A DNA stretch of 63,495 nucleotides, filler included, from Conidiobolus incongruus B7586 (lineage: Eukaryota), in assembly GCA_000697335.1 (NCBI GenBank). It is 15 parts of 15 records of this genome, joined end to end, with 100 filler letters (N's around TTAATTAATTAA, not from the genome) between each part and the next. Parts side by side here need not be neighbours in the genome. Positions count along the whole stretch, not along the records: positions 28,082 to 40,392 come from JNEM01000044.1; positions 40,493 to 46,275 come from JNEM01000045.1; positions 46,376 to 63,495 come from JNEM01000047.1; 12 more parts are not named here. One strand, written 5' to 3'. The notes below the pieces were generated by a model. The model was not told the DNA's origin and did no database searches. It was given only the letters and a program-made list of their open reading frames with translations. Positions within the stretch are counted from its first letter, which is position 1. Each line of letters opens with the position of its first letter. The position numbers and the translations under genes are program-made. This document shows, in pieces, positions 36,991 to 51,900 of this stretch.

Positions 36991-39900
36991 ACAGCTAATG
37001 GTCATTGCGATTTTGTATTTATCATTATAATGCATTACATGAGATGAATGCAGCTAAACTGATTCATCCAATAAACTAACCTAATTAATCTATAACGTCA
37101 TTTTTCACATGAATTTTTCACTATCACTACTTTTGAACTAAAAGCTATAATTCAAATCAAATATTTGTTTTATATCATGTTAATAACAAAACCTAGTTTA
37201 ATATCCATTAATATTAATATTACTGCATTCAAACTCAAGCATATGTATTGAAATTTATCATTTAATATTAATACCTCAATTAATTTGAATAAAATAGTCT
37301 AAACTTAAACATTTATTAAAGATCAAAGAATGTTAAAATGAATAATTGATATACATAAATGCTCCGCTCTAATAAATACCTTGAGATATAAATAACTATA
37401 TCATTTTTGTTAAATATGATTGCAGTTATTTAACTGAATTTAAAATTTGATGTTTTGTATTAATTTAACGAATTTATTTTTTTTTACAAAAAAACAATCT
37501 TAAATATTAAACTATGAATAAATTATAGTATTATAATTAATTATTGAAATAAAAATTAAATCGGTAAAATTAATTTTATTAAATATACTAAATATATATA
37601 TATTTACACATTTTTCCCAAAAATGATAAAATAATTTATTTATATATTATTAAACACCAAGTTATTTAATAAAGTATACTTTGCTAATATAAATTAAATC
37701 ACTAAAAGGATATATACTTACTTAAAATGGAAATTTTTATAGAAAAAAAAGCTAAAAATTTAACAAGTTAACAATGAAAAAAATTTTTATATATATCAAT
37801 ATTATTAAATATTTTAATTTAAAATAATAATGAAATTATTCAAAAAAAATATTAATATTTATTGTATTTAGTTCTAGATCATATTTTTCAATATTATTGA
37901 TAAGTTATATTATTATAACAATAAGAAATTTTGAATATTACTTATAACGCCAAGGTTTAAATGTATATAAATATTTATATTAATAATTTTTGGAATAACT
38001 GTTAAATTATCTAAGCTCCATTATATTTTTAGTAATATTTCATTTTAATATCATTATCTCTATTTTACGCTCATTAATCTTGATAAAAGCCGAATATATT
38101 GCAAGAGAAATTTGATATACAAAAATGTTGAAAATGTTGACTAATAGTAAAGTTGATTATTCAATTATTTCATTGTTATATTTTGATAATATTTTAAAAT
38201 ATACAAGTTGATGCTATTATTTTATTTGATGCATCAATGACTCCAATTGAAAAATGATGTAATGATGATTTTAATGGTTACAGTAGTGGTTGATATACAA
38301 TAACTAATTCTGAACACTAAATTATTAAAATTTTTTAAATATCAAGACAATATACTCAATAGGTATCATTAAATATATTTTAATCAAAAAGTTATTTTAA
38401 TATAATATGTCATTTGGAATTAGTAATATAGAAATAATTCTATTTCAGTTAACATTATGTCCGACTAAAATATTTTATAAGATGAACAAAATTGATCGTA
38501 TTGGTATTAAAATAGATTAACTACTACAAGCCTTTGATATTAACTGACAATATTAATATAAAATGTTGAGTTGATCATTAATTACAATCATTTGTCTTCA
38601 AAACATAAGGTATTATTTGATTAATATAAATATATTTTTACATTTTTTATTAACGGCAGTTATTTATAAAATATATTAACATGTAATTCAAAGAAAATTG
38701 AATATTTTATAAAATATCATATGTATATCAAAATTATAGTCCATCATATCAGGAATTCTAGAATAACATATTTTTAACTATCCCCCAATTACTGCTAATA
38801 TAGTTAAAAATATTTCACTATTGGGTAAATTGTGAAATGAATAATATTAATGTCAAGTTGTAACAACTAAAATATTGCATAATTCAATGTTCTGTATCCA
38901 CATGAGCCGTTAGCCAATATGTTCTGATTAACCGGGTATATTTATATTTTGATCTTTGATTTTAATTTATTATTTTAATTTGCAATACAATAAAAATAAA
39001 ACAATTACATTTGGCTATATCTTTTTATATGATACGATATAAAAATTGACTTTATAAGACATTATATTGTTTGAAATAACTAAATAATCAAAAAGTAATT
39101 TTACCTTATCCGCAAATTTTCAAGGTTTTGAATAAAATATTTTAATTTTAATATTAAAATCAATATCATTTAAATTTCATTTTATCAAAACTAAAAAAAT
39201 AAACCAATTATAATGCATTATATCATTAAATCTTAAATATTATTACTCAGTTCCAAATTATTATTATTTCAGTATAAAATCAAGATTATATGAATAGATA
39301 ACAAGTTTTATTGAAAACTTCAAACTTATCAAAAAATTATAAAAATTTGGTTCTAATATCCTTCGATATTTTAAATAACATTTTTAAGGTTTTATTAAAA
39401 TCAGTTTTTAGTTCAGAAACTTTCGTTTCTGTAACAGCATCATAACCAGAAATAGAGCGATATAGCTATACTAGAATTTCATTATTGATCTATACTTTAT
39501 TACTTTATTATTATTTGACTTATTATAACCATTTTGTTACTTAGAGCTATATAATTAATGAACAAAATCCATTCAAGAGCTACTCTTTCCAAATCATATA
39601 CTTATTAACCTTAATATTCCTCCTATCTCTTATATCATGAACTACTTAGAGTTCCTGTCATACTCGCATTGATCTTTATCTATCACTTTACCTATATTTT
39701 AAGACCAATTTGAAGTAATCAATAAAATTGATATTTTTAGCGTTATGGTTAAATTAGTTTATTAATAAAATTTCAGTTTATACATTACAAAAAGAATGAG
39801 AGTTTGAGCATATTTCTCTTTATAAATATTAGTATAGCATTAATAATTCTTTTTTACATACCCTTTAAACTAATACAAGGGTTGCATAATTAACATTGTT

Positions 39901-42199
39901 CAAAGTAAAGTCTTAACTTCAACCTTTAATATTTGCTCAACCAAACTTAATTTCCAAAACTCTTTCATTGTCCCATTACTGTAGATTAATATTTTGTGCA
40001 AAATAAAATATTAAATATAATTCAAATAATATATTCATCATTTTCATTAAAAATATGATATAAAAAGGGAATATTAATTGACTAATATAAGAAAATAAAT
40101 ATTACTAATATTTAAAGTATTTATAGTTTTTAATTTTTGATAATTTTAATACAAAAATTAAATAATGATATAATTTTCAAATCAAAATTAAATGAAATTA
40201 TCAATAAATAATTAGTAAAAATTAATACTCTTTTCTATTATAAATAACTTTTATTATACTTTTGGCAAGCTTTTAATTTTTGGAAATAAATATTATTAAA
40301 ACTAATATTTAATATTTTACTAACTAATTTGATTATAAGAATTTTTTTAATATATTTAATTATCTAAAATAATTATAATTATAATTATATAANNNNNNNN
40401 NNNNNNNNNNNNNNNNNNNNNNNNNNNNNNNNNNNNTTAATTAATTAANNNNNNNNNNNNNNNNNNNNNNNNNNNNNNNNNNNNNNNNNNNNTTGATATT
40501 GTCTTTTTAGATAGTTTATTTTGTATTCGTAACTATTTGAATTGAAATAAATTGGAACTGGCAGGAGTTCTTGAGTTTGAATGGCATTGGGTGAGTATTG
40601 ATTAATGGGAAATTTCGAAGGTTGTAAGATGGTGTTAAGTGTAGATGTGGTAGAAATATGAGCTGTGATTTATTAATTATAATAAACTACTAATTGACAC
40701 TATTAACCTTGAATAATTTTATTTATAACAGCCAATATGTATTGAATAATATGAGCTTATTTCCCAATTAATCTGTTTTTCCATTCCATAAACAACAAGC
40801 TTGGCAATGTTTTGTTATGGTTTCACTAATTCCTCTACCTTATTAATTTATCCTGTTAAATTCAAATATTTGAGGGATTTTGTTGGTAATTCAAAAAGAA
40901 ATTGTGAAATTAATGGAAAGTAACAGAAAGTAAAGGTGTTATAGTAAGTTATAGTAAGTTATTGACAATCAACATAATGTCATTATGTTTAGTGTTAATA
41001 TATATTGTTATTCAATTTTTTAACTTTATATCAAATCCAATTTTCATCTAGTATAGAAATTCCAAATAAATTCTCCCATTTTCTCTAATTTGAATAGAGT
41101 ACCAGAAATATACCAATCATTTCTAATCCAAACCAATTTTCTCAGGTTATTAGGATGAATTATCAGGGATACTCCTACATAAAATCTTCCTTTTGTAACA
41201 AACACATTTAACTATAATTATCAATTATAATTCAATCAAAGATTACTAAAAATTACTTATTATTCTGGCTTTTACATTTAATTAAATTAAGAAATTCTAA
41301 TTTCAATCAGGTTGCTTCGAAAATTCACCTTATTTTAGTAAAATTCTAATTATAATTGGGTATCAAAAATATATCAATCACTTATGTTTCATTGAAATCT
41401 TCTTGTTATAAATCGTTAAACCATAAATGATTCTTTTAATTTTATATCCCCTATTTGTGAATATAATTACTCTCAATTAACCAAGATCATTCTGCCAAAA
41501 TCTTAGTAATTGAACTTTAATTTACCCCTTAATTTAAAATTTTGATTTTTCAATAAATTAGCAATATTATAAAATCAAATATTTTGAATATGAATAAATC
41601 AATTTTCTCTAAATTAATTAAAAAAATGATAAAATCACAGTCCTAGAAACTATATTATATTTAAAGAAAATATTAATTTTATAAATATTTTAATACACTA
41701 TTGAATAATTTTATCACCTAATAAATCGGATTAATGAATAATGTCACTTTAATTTTTTAAATAAACAACATGTGTTTTTATTTCAAATTATTATTTTACA
41801 AATTTCATTATAGCTAAGTTTAATCCTATTAAATATTTGATATATAATTTCATTACTTCATTATATACTTATTATATTCTTAACAATTCTATACACCAAA
41901 GAAAAATAGTAAAGCTGAGCTTCCATATTAAATGATAATATCAAATATTAATTTGCTGAAAGTATATAAAAGATAATTGATGAAATATATCGTATCAATT
42001 ATTACCAATAATGTAACTAATATAATATTTATAAATTAACTTTTTAATCGGAGCATTTAAATATCTATTTGTCATCATATTTACAATATATTTTCAAAAT
42101 CCTGTCTAATTAATAAATCAAATGAGTAATAATTATTTATGAGGACATAATACATAAAAATATATTTCTAATGTATCAAACGATAATTGATATCTATTG

Positions 42200-42202
<3 letters not shown>

Positions 42203-42250
<48 letters not shown>
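42203..42250. repeat. (TA)24 microsatellite
   Basis: Read directly; lies about 65 bp upstream of the mariner ORF. Confidence 0.95.
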
Positions 42251-42253
<3 letters not shown>

Positions 42254-42314
42254 TTAAACTTTCTTTAAAACATTATATATCAAATTTGTTATCATTTTAT
42301 TGTGTTCTTAACTC

Positions 42315-43180
42315 ATGTGTAAAGATTATAAAGCTATCCGCGAGTTTATATTATATGAATACTTGCAAGGCACCACATTACAAGATTGTTATCAAAAAAT
42401 TCAAAAACTACCAATGGAGTTAAGAGCATCTTATAAAACTTGTTATCGTTGGTATAGAAAATTTAAGTCAGGCAAGTGTGATACAAATACTGAATCTATT
42501 GGTGGTAGTATTAGTTCAATTGATGATGATCTTTTAACAAAGATTATTGATCATGATGATATAAGCCCATCCCAACTTGCAGAACTTTTTGGATGCACCA
42601 CTCAAACTATAATTAACCATTTAATAAAAATAGATTCTCATATTCCTTACCTATTTGAGATAATTATGCCTTGAAACCATACCATATCCAAGAACATACC
42701 TCAATTTCTCAAATTTATTTATCTAAAATAAATAATCAAACTAATTACCTTTTCTGATTATGAATGAGGATAAATAAATCTGATGATATGATTCAATAAG
42801 GAAAAGGAAACCATAAATTATAAGATCACAGAAGCATTGAATAATCAAAGGAGCTCCACACCCTCAAAAGGCTATGCTTACAACATTTCAAAATGATGTA
42901 GGCGTGATTTTTACCAACTATTACCTGAAAATCGCATTGTTGCCATACAAGTTCAGATGGATTTGATAGGCCACCTAGATTGTAATTTCCAAATTCAACA
43001 AATATATAAATATTCTAAAGGAAATATGTGGATACTCCACAATGGAGCATCGCTATATTCAATAGGTCTTACTCGTGTATTATTAAAAAGTTGAGGTTAT
43101 GATATTTTATAGCATTCAGCATATTCAGAGGATTTACCTCCTTTATATTATTACCTATTCTAGGGTCCATATAGTTGTCT
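42315..43180 (+). mobile_element. Mariner (Mos1/SETMAR-like) transposase relic
   Basis: HTH region IREFILYEYLQG...SYKTCYRWYRKFKSG...IDDDLL...QLAELFGCTTQTIINHL. Downstream broken-frame catalytic remnants HPQKAML, WILHNGASLY and GYDIL*HSAYSEDLPPLYYYLF (cf. HPPYSPDLAPSDYYLF). Confidence 0.85.
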
Positions 43181-46100
43181 AAATAATATCAATAGAAATA
43201 ATTTCAAATTTTAGCCCTACTTGATCCTTACAATACTTTAAAAATCAAAACATTTCCGCATTAATTTATACTGTTGAAATTAAACAACATTCTAAATTTT
43301 GAATATTACAAATTAATATTTTAAGATTAAAAAGTAAAAACTATTATTTGATATATAACTTAACTCTAGTATTAAATAAATCATTCAACATTGATGTCAT
43401 TTGAAATGAAATTATTAATATAATAAAATAAACTCATCATTAAATTTCAATAATGAAATTTTTTAAAATATTCAGGTACAATATTATTAAAATAATTCTT
43501 AGAATATATAAAATTGTATATGAAATTGGCAATTTAAATTCATTTATTTGATCAGCATTAAGTACTTACTATTGATTTATTTAAATTACGAATCTATATT
43601 CCTTAAGCTATTTTCCTTAGTTCATTATCAGGTTTATTAATTAATTTCAAATATGTATGTATTATATCAACCTAAATATTTACTTGAACAATATTACTAC
43701 TTATTTTAAGGCTTAACAGAGAAATTGGGTGATAACAATTCAATAATTATATATATTATAATTGTGTTAATATTATTAAGTTATCTTATTAAATGTTGAT
43801 AAATCAACTAATACTTTATTATAATCATTATATACAAATATACATATCATGTTAAGTGATTAGTTTTTAAATCATTCATAATAATTAATGTTTTCTTTTA
43901 AAAAAATTCAATCAAGCTTGGATTAGATATTAATAATTATTAGAAAATTTGATTTTAATATAATAATTTTTATAAATATTATAAATTTAAACTAATTAAC
44001 TTGGTTCCTGATTTCTTTTTTTAAAATATATTATCTTTTAATTTTTTTATAAATTATAATGAGACTTTTAAAATATCCAATTATTTCTATAAAATATAAT
44101 TTTTTAATCCTATTACTATTGCTTTATCAGTAATGGATAAATTAAGCTATATTATATTTGTTACAATAACCTTACTTAAAATTTTAATTTCAAAATCTCC
44201 TTTATATTTATATTTGATAATTTTTATAAATTATATAATATTATTAAACTTAAATTTAAGTTCTTGAAAAAATACCAACTTTAAATAATATAATTAAAAA
44301 TCAATTATATGGATTTTTAATAATATTAAATATTAAAACTAAATTAATTAATTTTAGAATGCAAAATATTCTTAATTAAAAAGTTTCAGTTGACTGTTTA
44401 TAATAAAAGCAAACCTTTTTGATTTATAATATTGAAAATATATTGAATAGGGCTTTTTTTTATAATTTATTTATTAAGTAATAGTTTAAAATAATTAAAA
44501 AATTTAATAAGACTTTTATTGAAATAATTATATATTATAAATATATTATATCAATATTTATTATATCATTAAATTTACTAAATTTTGAATGCTTAATAAT
44601 TTAATTATTATTTATTGAAACAAGTAAATATTAGTAAAACATATTAAATTAAAATAAATACAAATTAAAAATCACTAATGTCAGTCAATTTAATTATAAA
44701 ATATAATATAATATTTTTCAAACTCTTCAATAATAAATGTAACATAGATTTCAATATATAAATTATTACCAAGAATTAAAAAATCATCATAATTATAATA
44801 TGTCAATAATCAACATAAATACTAAAATAAATTTTTTTGAAAAATAACAAATATTAAATATAAAAATTTATTTTGTATCCTTATATGAACTATTACCAGG
44901 TAGAGTATATTATAATATTAATTAATCAAAATAATTCAAAGGATTACTTAAAGACTTAATTATAAATTTATATATAAATTATTCAATAAACTTTTTATAT
45001 TATATAAAACAAGATAAATTCATAGTTATGAGAGTAATTAAAATTATAATTTTGAAAATAAAACAGTGTATTTTGTATCTTTTTTGTCACGAGATATAAA
45101 TCCATGCAATAAGGATTCTTTATGTTAAAGAATTTGATTTAGGGTAAGAAAATTGACCATATTGTTGCGTCTCGTTTTAAAAAAATATAATTATATTAAT
45201 TAGTTCAAAATTAAGATTTAAACATAACGGGTGGTTATCATTATTATGACTTTTTATTAATCGATAATAAGAATATGAATTATAGTCAAAATATACCTTT
45301 TATTATAGATATTTTTATATTATTTTAAAAATTCAAATTGACCAAACTTTGATCGATTATTGATTATTTAATTATTACTCTCTTATTTTGAATAGTTATA
45401 TAATATAAACTTTATGATATTTGAAAGAAATTCTATAAAATTAAGTTTTGTGTTGGTAAAGAATAATTTTATAATTTATATACTAGTTTATTATGGAATT
45501 AGTCTAATATTGAGATTTAAAAACCTTCATAGGACATTGTTTCACTCATATTATTACATCTTCTATGAATGTCCAATTAATAAAAATAGTTATTGAATTA
45601 GTCTATTAATTATGAATGATTCAATAATAATATATATAATAGTAATATTTATTAATATTGAATAAAGTATTAACTTTAAATTAGAAATATTATATATTTA
45701 AAACTAAAATATATAATCGTAAAAAGAATAATGATTGTAGTTATTTAGATTATATTCTTTCAGAGTGATAGATATTATATATTTAATATTAAATCATATA
45801 GTAAAATGAAATCAAAATCAATTGATTTATTAAAGTTGTAAAATCAATTTCATTTATTAATGATTTGGACAAAATTAATTGGGTTAATATATATTAATTT
45901 TAATAGAATTTGATATTTAATATTAATATCACCACTAATTTCTAATATAATTAAATTATTAAAGTTTTGATATATCACAAGACGGAATTTATTTCAAGCA
46001 AAATATAAATAAAAAGCTATGCAATCATATTCATGCGATACTATTTTATTAATAACTCGAATTATTGATCAAATCTACCAACATTAGTTGGAAATTATAA

Positions 46101-46195
46101 ATGAAATTATATATTTACAATTATTCTATATAATATAAATAATTTTCGAAACTAGTCTTTGTATTTGAATTATTCAAAGGTTTGTATTTTGAACC

Positions 46196-46226
<31 letters not shown>

Positions 46227-47699
46227 TAATTTATTAATATATTTTTTAATTAAAAATCTAACAATAAATTTAGTCNNNNNNNNNNNNNNNNNNNNNNNNN
46301 NNNNNNNNNNNNNNNNNNNTTAATTAATTAANNNNNNNNNNNNNNNNNNNNNNNNNNNNNNNNNNNNNNNNNNNNAAATAATAATAAATATTTATATAGT
46401 TATTATTATTTATTTCATTATTAAAACTTAAATTTTGATAATTTATTTATTTTATATAATAAACATATATTAATTAATTGAATTGAATAAATACTTTAAT
46501 AATTGAAATAAATACATAAAAGAAATTTTGATATAATAAATGGAAATTTAATAGAATATATATGAAATTTTTCATATCTTTATTATATTAAAATTCTATT
46601 ATTAATAATGAGATATGATATAGTATGGAATAATCAAACTCTCATTTAAATATAGAAATATTTTTAAATTTGGGAATTTAATATTTATCGGGCTTATTTC
46701 TTCAAATGATATTAAACAAATGTGTTAAAAAATCAAAGTTAACACTTAGTATCCAATATCTGTTTAAATTAAAATCTTAATATATATTCCTTTAAGATTA
46801 TATGTTATTAAAAAAATTGATATTGAATGATCAAATTGGGATTAAAGTTTATAATTATTTGAATTTTGAATATAAATTTTCAATTTTGATGAAAATATCT
46901 ATAAAATTTTGAATTTGATTAATAAAATTTTTACATGAAAAATATATACTAGTACACTTCTGCAGAATTAAAATTTATTTATTATAATAGAAAAAATTTC
47001 CAATTCGGTATGACATTATTAATATTTTAATTCTTTTATGATTCACATACAATTTGCAAATTATTTAAAATCCATTTGATGGGTATCACTATTATATTAT
47101 TTAATTAAAAAACATTATTAACTTGATTAGATGTATTAGAAAACTAAATAATTTTGATATGATACTAGATTGTTTAATTTTATAAATTAAGGCTTAAACA
47201 TAGTTAATTGAACCTTTTATTAATCCGAAATTAAAAACGAATATTACGGATATTGAAAAATAAATATTTCAAGATTTCGAACCATTAAAAAAATATTATT
47301 AGTTAGATAAAAAACTAATGAAAATTAATTAAGATAATTAAATACAAGAATATATCTAGAATTTAGCGTAGATTCATTATAAAATAGAGGATCTGAAATT
47401 TTTTAATTATTATCGGAGTTATATGCAAATAATAATATTATTAGCCAATAAAAATCATTGTAAAAATTTTAACAAAAAAATATATTATCAATAATTTTTA
47501 AACTAAAAATAATTAAATATTAGGCTAAATTAATAAATTTTTTTATTGAAAAAATATATATTTAAGTTAAAATATTATTTTTGATCTAAAGAAAAGCAAT
47601 AAATTTAACCGATTATTAATTTTAATTATAGATTAATATTGTTAAAAAAGCGTCAAATTATTGAAAAATTTGAATGGTGATGAGATATGAGTAATGTTT

Positions 47700-48960
47700 T
47701 ATATTCTATGTCGGTACCAAATATGGTTAAGACTTTTCGGACAGCTGGCTCTCTGGAATTGGTAGCAAACACCCATTTTTGCCAATTGAATTAACTTGCG
47801 TCCATGCAGTGGCTGTTTAGAGATGCGACACACTGTGCTCTCATATGGGCTGAGCATAGTTGTACTTTGTGCAAGCCGAAACCCATCTAAAGGTCCCGAA
47901 AGCATACTGGGGTGAAATCGAATATTTCCACTCCTTGTCTCCACTATTATTATCTTGGTTTAATCCAGAGATCCTTAATCGAGTAATTGGTATTACTGCT
48001 TTAGGACACAAGTTAAAAGCCAATAATCTTTCAACTACATGAATAACCAATTTCTATACTGATTTAGGAAATATTTTCATAGGACATATTTGGAAATAGT
48101 ATGTTATTTTGATTAATGCAATTTTCACCTTTCAGTGTGAAATTAATTAAATAGAGGAACTGTGACCAGATGAATTCATAGTTGCCTATGCTCATGCAAG
48201 TCTAATTGCATTCAAAATAGAGTGAAATGAGTTAATCAACTTAAAATGTACTTTAATGCTTAGTTGCATTTGCTCATATTTTTATTTGAACTTTTTCACT
48301 GTTTACACCAATGTTCTGATTCATTCATAACTCTTATTTCAAAGTTGAGTTTCAAACACAACATTTTGTACCAATTCTATCGCTCCAACCTGTTTAAAGT
48401 GGATTAGACTGGTGAAATGAATCAATTGGCAACTATTTTTTGAGCCAATTCCGTCAGGGAGAATAATATTCGGAAAAATATCCTTCTCCCTCTTTTTGAT
48501 GATACAGATCATTGATTTGAATGAACCCCCTCGAAGAAAGTGGGAATTTGAGGTTGAGTATTCAAGCAATCATGGAGGAATTGTCAATATTAGATAATCC
48601 AAGCTAATGATTTGAATCAGGGAGATAAATGGAAGACCGATTGATTAAATGAATGATTTAAACTTGGAAGATTTTGATGATATCAGTTGATTATATTGAA
48701 TCTTCTCATCATATGATCCGGTCAACAAGCATCAAAAGTTGTCGCGGTCCAGTTGTGACGGCTTTGGAGATATCCATGCATTGATCAGGAACAACTCAAC
48801 AGATCTATTGGGTTTATATCGATCCAACATTAGACTAACAAATTCAGCAAATGAGCGGGGAACAGATTGACTAGCTGAAAGATGTATTAATAGAGAAAAA
48901 CCTGGTGCTTGACCCTAATTGGGGAATATTTCGCCAGGATAATGTTTGAGTCCTTGATTA
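47700..48960 (-). mobile_element. Highly decayed Ty3/Gypsy pol fragment (protease to RT)
   Basis: Colinear remnants LLIHLSASQSVPRSFAEF (protease-like), DIFPNIILPDG...AIEL, ALIKIT, ERLL..NL..KA..ITRL..SG.NQ....GDKEWK...FGTFRWV (cf. KLDLRSGYHQIRI.EGDEWKTAF.T.YG.FEW). GC-richer island, many stops, no LTRs seen. Confidence 0.5.
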
Positions 48961-51900
48961 ACCGTTAGTGAACCTACCCAAAACAGCTTTGACAAATTCT
49001 AGCATACAAACTTAGTAATTCTTTCCACTATGATTTATTCACTATCTCTGTCTCTTCTACCAATTCCACTACTTTAATGAGAATTTTTCATCTTAATTCT
49101 CATTCTTTAGTCTTCGCTTATTCCCTTAAATGGCTATCTCCACACAAAAACTATAATCTATTACTAATTGATATATAAAATTCAGACTAAAAATACATTT
49201 TCATTTTGTCATAAGTTTTGAATTCTTAAAATAAAATCAATTATTTGATGAATCTATATAAAATAATCTATTTTGGATAGTTTGTCCATATATTTATTGA
49301 TTATTGGTATAAAAAATCCATCTATTAATATATATATATATATTTAATAACTAATTATTTTAACGAAACTGAGGCGCTATTTTAAGCTATTTCCAATATT
49401 TATTTAATCAAAATTCTTACCATATCAGTGATCAAATTTATATTTCTATTTAGAAATAGGGTGTATATTAATTTTGAATGGATATTATTTTCAAATAGCT
49501 TTGATAATACTTATCCATTAACCAGCGTTTGATAAGATATATTTATTGTTAAAAATTAATCATTACAATTGATGAATATATTAATTATTATTAACTAATA
49601 AATAAATAAATATATGATGACTGAATATGTCTAATGTGATATATATTTCCATATTATAATAATCAATCGTCCATTAATATTTGTGTGGGAAATTTAAATT
49701 ATATACAATAAAAGAATATTTTGAAATTTAACTTTAAATATAGATTTTATTAATGGAATATATTTTAGATTGGTATGACAAGTTATTTCAAGATTATGTT
49801 GTCTATAGTTTAATAAGTGAAAATGGTAGTTAATTTGACATATGACAATTTAAATATAACTTGAATAATATATTTAAAATTTTAATTTTATTATCATTAT
49901 TAAAAGGTAATTGAGCTTATTTTTAATTTTAAAAATTTTAATATTCACAATTAATTCAACTTTATATAGATATTTTTGGTAGTTGGATAACTTATATTTT
50001 TGTTGACAACTTTAAATCGAGGTATTGTTTTGTAGTTCATTCAAATTGAATTTTTTAATAACATGACTTTCATAATTAATTGTAAAAAATTCGGATACCA
50101 TTTGGGTGTACCAGTAGGGCCGTCAAAAATAACTTGAAAATTCATTTGATAAAATTTACTATGTTAAAAGAGTGATTTCGTAACCTAATGATTGATTATT
50201 CTAGAAAAAATGAGTGTATAAACTACATTATAGAATATATGAATATATCAAATACACTCATTCCAATTCTTATGCATATCGATTATTGATTTACTAATAT
50301 TGAATATTTAATAATCAATATAAATTTTAAAATAAATTACTAAACTTAAAATGTGAATACTATCATTATTATTCTATAATCATAATCGATTAACAAACCA
50401 TTCTGTTACTCACTATTTAAATTGATTCAATAATTTTTCCATTTAGATGTTAAAAAGTTCCTCAAATATACATAATATGTAACAATATATGCAAATGTAT
50501 ATATTTAAGAATCCGACCTGAACTCAAGTTAACTATAGGTTATACTCTTTTCAAAGTTATAGTATATAACAATATATATTTCAATTCCAAAAAGTAATTG
50601 TAATTTTTACTGGATAAATGAATAATTGTAATTTATTATTTTTAAATCAACAAATATGAAGATATATTTGGAGAATTTATAAATTTATAATATACTTTGA
50701 TAGAACGAACTGAATACTTTCATAATGTTATTAATAATAGCCAGTTATATAAAAGATAAAGAGATAATATGATTCCTTTTAGATTGTTGATGCCAATAAA
50801 TATTAATATATTCAGCTTATATATTATCTGCGGAAATAATAGATTCAAATTTTAATATCAAAATATATCAATAAAATATTTATTTAATTGAATAAAGATT
50901 CTGTACAATGATTTAAATAATTATTTACCAGATGGTATAGATATAATTTCAAACTTTTTTCAAAAATCATTGAAATGTTTAATTTGCAAATAAACTATTA
51001 CTTAATATTAAAATTGATATATAAGTATGATTAAATTTTCAAAGTTGGAGATAATTCTAAAATTATATTTATTCAATAATAAATTATAGAGATTACAAGA
51101 TATCGAATTTGTAAACCAAATTCACTTATATTTGATAATTTAGATTATTTTGTTAAATAATCAAAGATTGAAAAAATAAAGTATAATAATATGGTGATAT
51201 TATAGTAGAAATATTATGTTTAATTCATTGATTTAATACAAATTATAAGTAAAAATAATATAGCACAATTGTTAAATAGGTAATTAATCAATAATATGAA
51301 ATATATTGAATTTATACCTTACCATATTTGTTGACCTATTCATAATGTAATTTAAAATTGTGATATTATTTCGGATATTTTATTTATTGTATAACGTTAT
51401 CCAAATTGATAGTAATATTTTAAATTACAAATATATTAATAAATCTTTGTAATAATAAAAATTCTTATATTAATAATAAGTTTTTTATTTATTATAATTT
51501 AATGAATATAATAGAATTATTCATTTATATAGAAAATTAATTGATATCTGTTGGATAATAGAAACGAAATTATAATTAACAATTATATATATGAAATAAG
51601 CAGAGAATACAAACTAGTTTAAAACCTATTAAACTGAATAATATTTCAATATTAACAATAATGCAATGATACAATGGTTGGAAAAAACATACCAAAAATT
51701 GAATTGAATCGAATAAATTGGAGAAACTGAGGTGAATGTAACAAGTACACTTTACATTTAATGCATTATTAAATTGCTGATTTAATATTTGTGGATTTTG
51801 TATTACCAATATTTTTCGTTAATTAATATTATTATAATTGAATTTAAATCTCTGATTAAGATAAAATTTTGATTAAATAAATTATACTATTTATTGAATA

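Noticed and set aside
42187..42423. 78-aa ORF with YIYIYI repeat
   Set aside because: Translation of the (TA)24 microsatellite.
42100..43400. Terminal inverted repeats for the mariner relic
   Set aside because: None could be identified by eye, so element ends are not assigned.
1609..46331. TTAATTAATTAA recurring 14 times as if a repeat array or CRISPR-like unit
   Set aside because: Always centred in an identical 100-bp N spacer; a synthetic six-frame-stop linker.
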